Of a stretch of DNA of 17,930 nucleotides, positions 15,243-17,930 are shown in pieces. The notes beneath the pieces are model-generated. The model saw nothing but the letters and a program-made list of their open reading frames with translations. It ran no database searches and was not told where the DNA came from. This stretch comes from Fidelibacterota bacterium (GTDB lineage Bacteria > Fidelibacterota > Marinisomatia > Marinisomatales > JABMOV01), in the NCBI GenBank assembly GCA_046861395.1, contig JBHHUC010000042.1:1-17930 (forward strand). The letters are read 5' to 3'. Position 1 is the stretch's first letter. Every line of letters begins with the position of its first letter. The position numbers were made by a program, and so were the translations under genes.

Positions 15243-15851
15243 ATGAAAATAAATAAAACACAAGTTATCTTCTTGCTTTTAGCTGCTGTTGGGCTGATTC
15301 TTGTCGGTTGTGAATCAGACGATAACGGAGACACCACTACTGATCCCTTGGTCGGTGAATGGGTTATGAGCAATATGGAACAGTCTTCAACCTATGTCGC
15401 CGCCGACTCTATTACTGCTCTGGGATATGGACCGGGCACACCGCTTGGTTCCGGTTCCATGGTATGGGCACAGTTCAGCGCGCTGGGCGTATCCGCTACA
15501 GTAAATCTGAAAGAAGATAACACGTTTACACTAACGGGAAGTCTCCCGGTAGCCAATGATACCCTTGGTTTCGCACCTTCCGTTGTTCCCCTCAACGATC
15601 AGGGAACCTGGAGTGCCGCTGCTGATTACAGCACCCTTTTGATTGACGGCGGCCTCTATGATTTGGGCGGAGCTTTAACCATGGATGATCCTACCAATCC
15701 CACGGACATTTCAATGGCCTATACTGAGGTTGACACAATTACAGTTGTTCTTCCAGTTGATGTTGACCAAGACGGTGTGCCGGATATGTTCCTTCCGGAT
15801 GTTTCCGTTCAGGAAACCAGTACAACAACCCTGGGGTGGACAGCACAGTAA
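15243..15851 (+). CDS. Lipoprotein with lipocalin-like N-terminal motif
   Basis: RBS AGGAG and lipobox LVG-C. DPLVGEWVMS and DQGTWS resemble bacterial lipocalin-like domains. Acidic, with DVDQDGVPD near the C-terminus. Confidence 0.75.
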   Translation: MKINKTQVIFLLLAAVGLILVGCESDDNGDTTTDPLVGEWVMSNMEQSSTYVAADSITALGYGPGTPLGSGSMVWAQFSALGVSATVNLKEDNTFTLTGSLPVANDTLGFAPSVVPLNDQGTWSAAADYSTLLIDGGLYDLGGALTMDDPTNPTDISMAYTEVDTITVVLPVDVDQDGVPDMFLPDVSVQETSTTTLGWTAQ

Positions 15852-15881
15852 TCAGGTGTTGGTCCACAGGACTTTTGAAAC

Positions 15882-15919
15882 GAAAAGGCAGTACCGGGAG
15901 TACTGCCTTTTCTGATTTT
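15882..15919 (+). terminator. Intrinsic terminator-like hairpin
   Basis: GAAAAGGCAGTAC-CGGGA-GTACTGCCTTTTC followed by TGATTT. Confidence 0.8.
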
Positions 15920-15940
15920 ATCCATTTTTCGGAGGTTATC

Positions 15941-17248
15941 ATGAAAAAATACTTCCTTTTTGCGTTGGCAAGCCTAACGCTCTGCAGTCTTCTTTCCGCC
16001 GGTGGTATGGTGCATAATAGCAACCAAAGTGCTGACTATATGCGAACGCTCAATCGTAATGCTTCCACTGATCTTGACGCAGCTTTTTACAATGCTGCCG
16101 CCCTGACAGGCTTAAACGATGGTTTTCACCTCTATGTTAGTAATCAGACTATCTGGCAAACCAGAACCGTCAAAACAGCATTTCCCAATTATAACAGCAA
16201 CACATTCGAAGGCACAACCTTTGCACCGGCCTTTCCTAATATTTATGCTATAAAGAAAACGGGGAAAGTGGCTTTCTCCGGCGGTGTTATGCCTATCGGC
16301 GGCGGTGGTAGCGCTGAATTTCCCGATGGTCTGCCCAGCTTCGACTATCAACTGGCCCGACTGGTGGGTTTACCGGCTGCTGCGGTTGATCCGGCTTTAG
16401 ATCCTTACGGGACCATTAACGGTTATAGCGTAACAGCCAGCTTTACCGGTTCTTCCGTCTATTTTGCCGGCCAGGGATCGGTATCATATGCGCTGAGTCA
16501 TATGGTTAGCCTGTCACTGGGTTTACGTTATATTTATGCTTTGAATACATATGCCGGTAGTCTCACCGATGCCGTATTGAATGCTGATAACGGAGACATT
16601 GCCGGTGTAATTCCGGATATCAACGTAGATTCCAAACGCACCGGTACTGCCATGACGCCTATTTTAAACGCCCATATTACACCGAATGATATGATTGGTG
16701 TTTCCGTTCGCTACGAACCATTGACAAAGTTGGAAATGACCGCCGATACCAAGGAAGACGGTACCATTGTTCTGGACGGTGTCGGAATGTTCCCCGATGG
16801 CACTACCTACAATGAAGATTTACCCGCCCAACTGTCGTTCGGCCTGAACCTTACTCCCAGCGATAGAATTATGATAGCTACTTCCTTTGACTACTGGTTT
16901 AATGACCAGGTAAACTGGGACGGTGATGAAGCCAATATTGAAAACAATTGGGAAGGCGGGGGATCAATTGATTTTGCCCTTTCGGATGTATTGACAATCA
17001 GTGCCGGATACCTCCGTGCTGTGACCGGGGCCACCGAGTTTTATCAGACCGATTTAAGCTACTCACTGAGCACTCACACGGTAGCCGGAGGGTTCAAATA
17101 TGCCCTCAATCCGGGTACGTCTCTTACCTTCGGTGTCTCAAATACTTTTTACCAGGAAGATTATAACGAAGATAAAGGTTCCATTTACGAAGAATTGTAC
17201 GATAAAACCGCCTTTGTCATCGCTTTCGGCCTGGCAAAATCCTTTTAA
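15941..17248 (+). CDS. OmpP1/FadL-family outer-membrane channel for hydrophobic compounds
   Basis: Start ATG 15941 after GGAGG. Signal peptide, then GG..NSNQSA.Y.R..NRNAST.LDAAFYNAAAL (FadL hatch, NPA-like), GGGGSAEF, DLPAQLSFG. Terminal Phe (GLAKSF). Confidence 0.85.
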   Translation: MKKYFLFALASLTLCSLLSAGGMVHNSNQSADYMRTLNRNASTDLDAAFYNAAALTGLNDGFHLYVSNQTIWQTRTVKTAFPNYNSNTFEGTTFAPAFPNIYAIKKTGKVAFSGGVMPIGGGGSAEFPDGLPSFDYQLARLVGLPAAAVDPALDPYGTINGYSVTASFTGSSVYFAGQGSVSYALSHMVSLSLGLRYIYALNTYAGSLTDAVLNADNGDIAGVIPDINVDSKRTGTAMTPILNAHITPNDMIGVSVRYEPLTKLEMTADTKEDGTIVLDGVGMFPDGTTYNEDLPAQLSFGLNLTPSDRIMIATSFDYWFNDQVNWDGDEANIENNWEGGGSIDFALSDVLTISAGYLRAVTGATEFYQTDLSYSLSTHTVAGGFKYALNPGTSLTFGVSNTFYQEDYNEDKGSIYEELYDKTAFVIAFGLAKSF

Positions 17249-17269
17249 GACCTAAATTATATTTAACGG

Positions 17270-17294
17270 AAAGGGGCTTTTTAGCCCCTTTTTT
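17270..17294. terminator. Likely bidirectional intrinsic terminator between convergent genes
   Basis: AAAGGGGCT-TTTT-AGCCCCTTT followed by further T residues, between the FadL-like and PadR stop codons. Confidence 0.85.
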
Positions 17295-17820
17295 ATTCCT
17301 TCTGATTTATCAACCATTTCTCCAGAAAATCCCTTTCACAGGACAACATGGCTATCCGGCGTTCATAGCCCAATTGGATCATGGTTTCCCGGTTATCATC
17401 TATCTCGGCCCGATACTGTTGCAAAGCAGTTATGACGTTTTGAATATTATCAATACGCTCCTGGACCAAGGCTCGCAGGGCCGGGAGCGGGATTTCTGCT
17501 ACACCGGTCAATGCCAGCAAGAATTCCTCATCCTTGGCAGAGACCCGGGTAAAGGCTGAAACGAAGGATTGCGCCAGTAATGCCTTGCCCTGATCCGTGA
17601 GGGCAAAGCGTTTCTGCAATTTGCCGTTGGTCACGGCTTCCGTATGATGCACGTAACCCCGTTTCTCCAACGTATTCAGAATCTGGTAAATGGATGAAAA
17701 CCCAATGGTCACTGTGCGCCTCATCGCTTCCGATTGAATCCGCTGTTCCAATTGATAGCCATGAGCGGGACCGTCTATCAGCATTGCTGCGACGATAAAT
17801 TGTTTCTGAGTCAGTTCCAT
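17293..17820 (-). CDS. PadR-family transcriptional regulator (long C-terminal helical type)
   Basis: GPAHGYQL, IGFSSIYQILNTLEKRGYV, KRFALTDQGKALL winged-helix motifs. C-terminal helix ending ERDFLEKWL. Confidence 0.92.
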   Translation of the reverse strand: MELTQKQFIVAAMLIDGPAHGYQLEQRIQSEAMRRTVTIGFSSIYQILNTLEKRGYVHHTEAVTNGKLQKRFALTDQGKALLAQSFVSAFTRVSAKDEEFLLALTGVAEIPLPALRALVQERIDNIQNVITALQQYRAEIDDNRETMIQLGYERRIAMLSCERDFLEKWLINQKE

Positions 17821-17825
17821 ATGTT

Positions 17826-17851
17826 ATTATAATATTCTAATTATAGAATAT
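17826..17851. promoter_or_regulatory. Palindromic operator and -10 boxes upstream of the PadR gene
   Basis: ATATTCTA-ATTA-TAGAATAT (17832-17851). TATAAT on the minus strand at 17826-17831 and 17840-17845, and on the plus strand at 17828-17833. Confidence 0.65.
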
Positions 17852-17930
17852 ACATAAGGAAAATCTCTTACGGAAAGATCATTTCTGTCCGTGAGGGCAC
17901 CTTCCCGGCTGTACATTTATCCCCACATAA

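Noticed and set aside
17594..17899. 12-bp direct repeat TCCGTGAGGGCA (17594-17605 and 17888-17899)
   Set aside because: One copy is inside the PadR CDS and there are no mobile-element features, so it is compatible with chance.

Overview
This is a bacterial window of about 50% GC. The TonB-receptor, FadL and c554 protein styles suggest an FCB-group-like diderm, which is inference only. Bases 1-11445 (minus strand) hold a tightly coupled 9-gene operon behind a consensus sigma54 promoter. Gene order is NHL beta-propeller lipoprotein, pentaheme lipoprotein cytochrome, large outer-membrane beta-barrel, second NHL propeller, 13-motif cytochrome whose N-terminal domain resembles the Geobacter nanowire cytochrome OmcE, 15-motif periplasmic cytochrome, Cys-free thioredoxin-like/TPR protein, heme-c-binding sensor kinase, and NtrC-family activator. 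A tetraheme c554-family gene with its own sigma54-like promoter lies upstream. Together these look like a self-regulated porin-multiheme cytochrome extracellular electron transfer system with 38 heme-binding motifs in total. The right part carries a divergent outer-membrane uptake cluster (lipoprotein, TonB-dependent receptor, lipocalin-like lipoprotein, FadL-like channel) and a convergent PadR regulator. I saw no RNA genes, CRISPR arrays or mobile elements. All family calls come from motif recognition by eye; no database searches were run.
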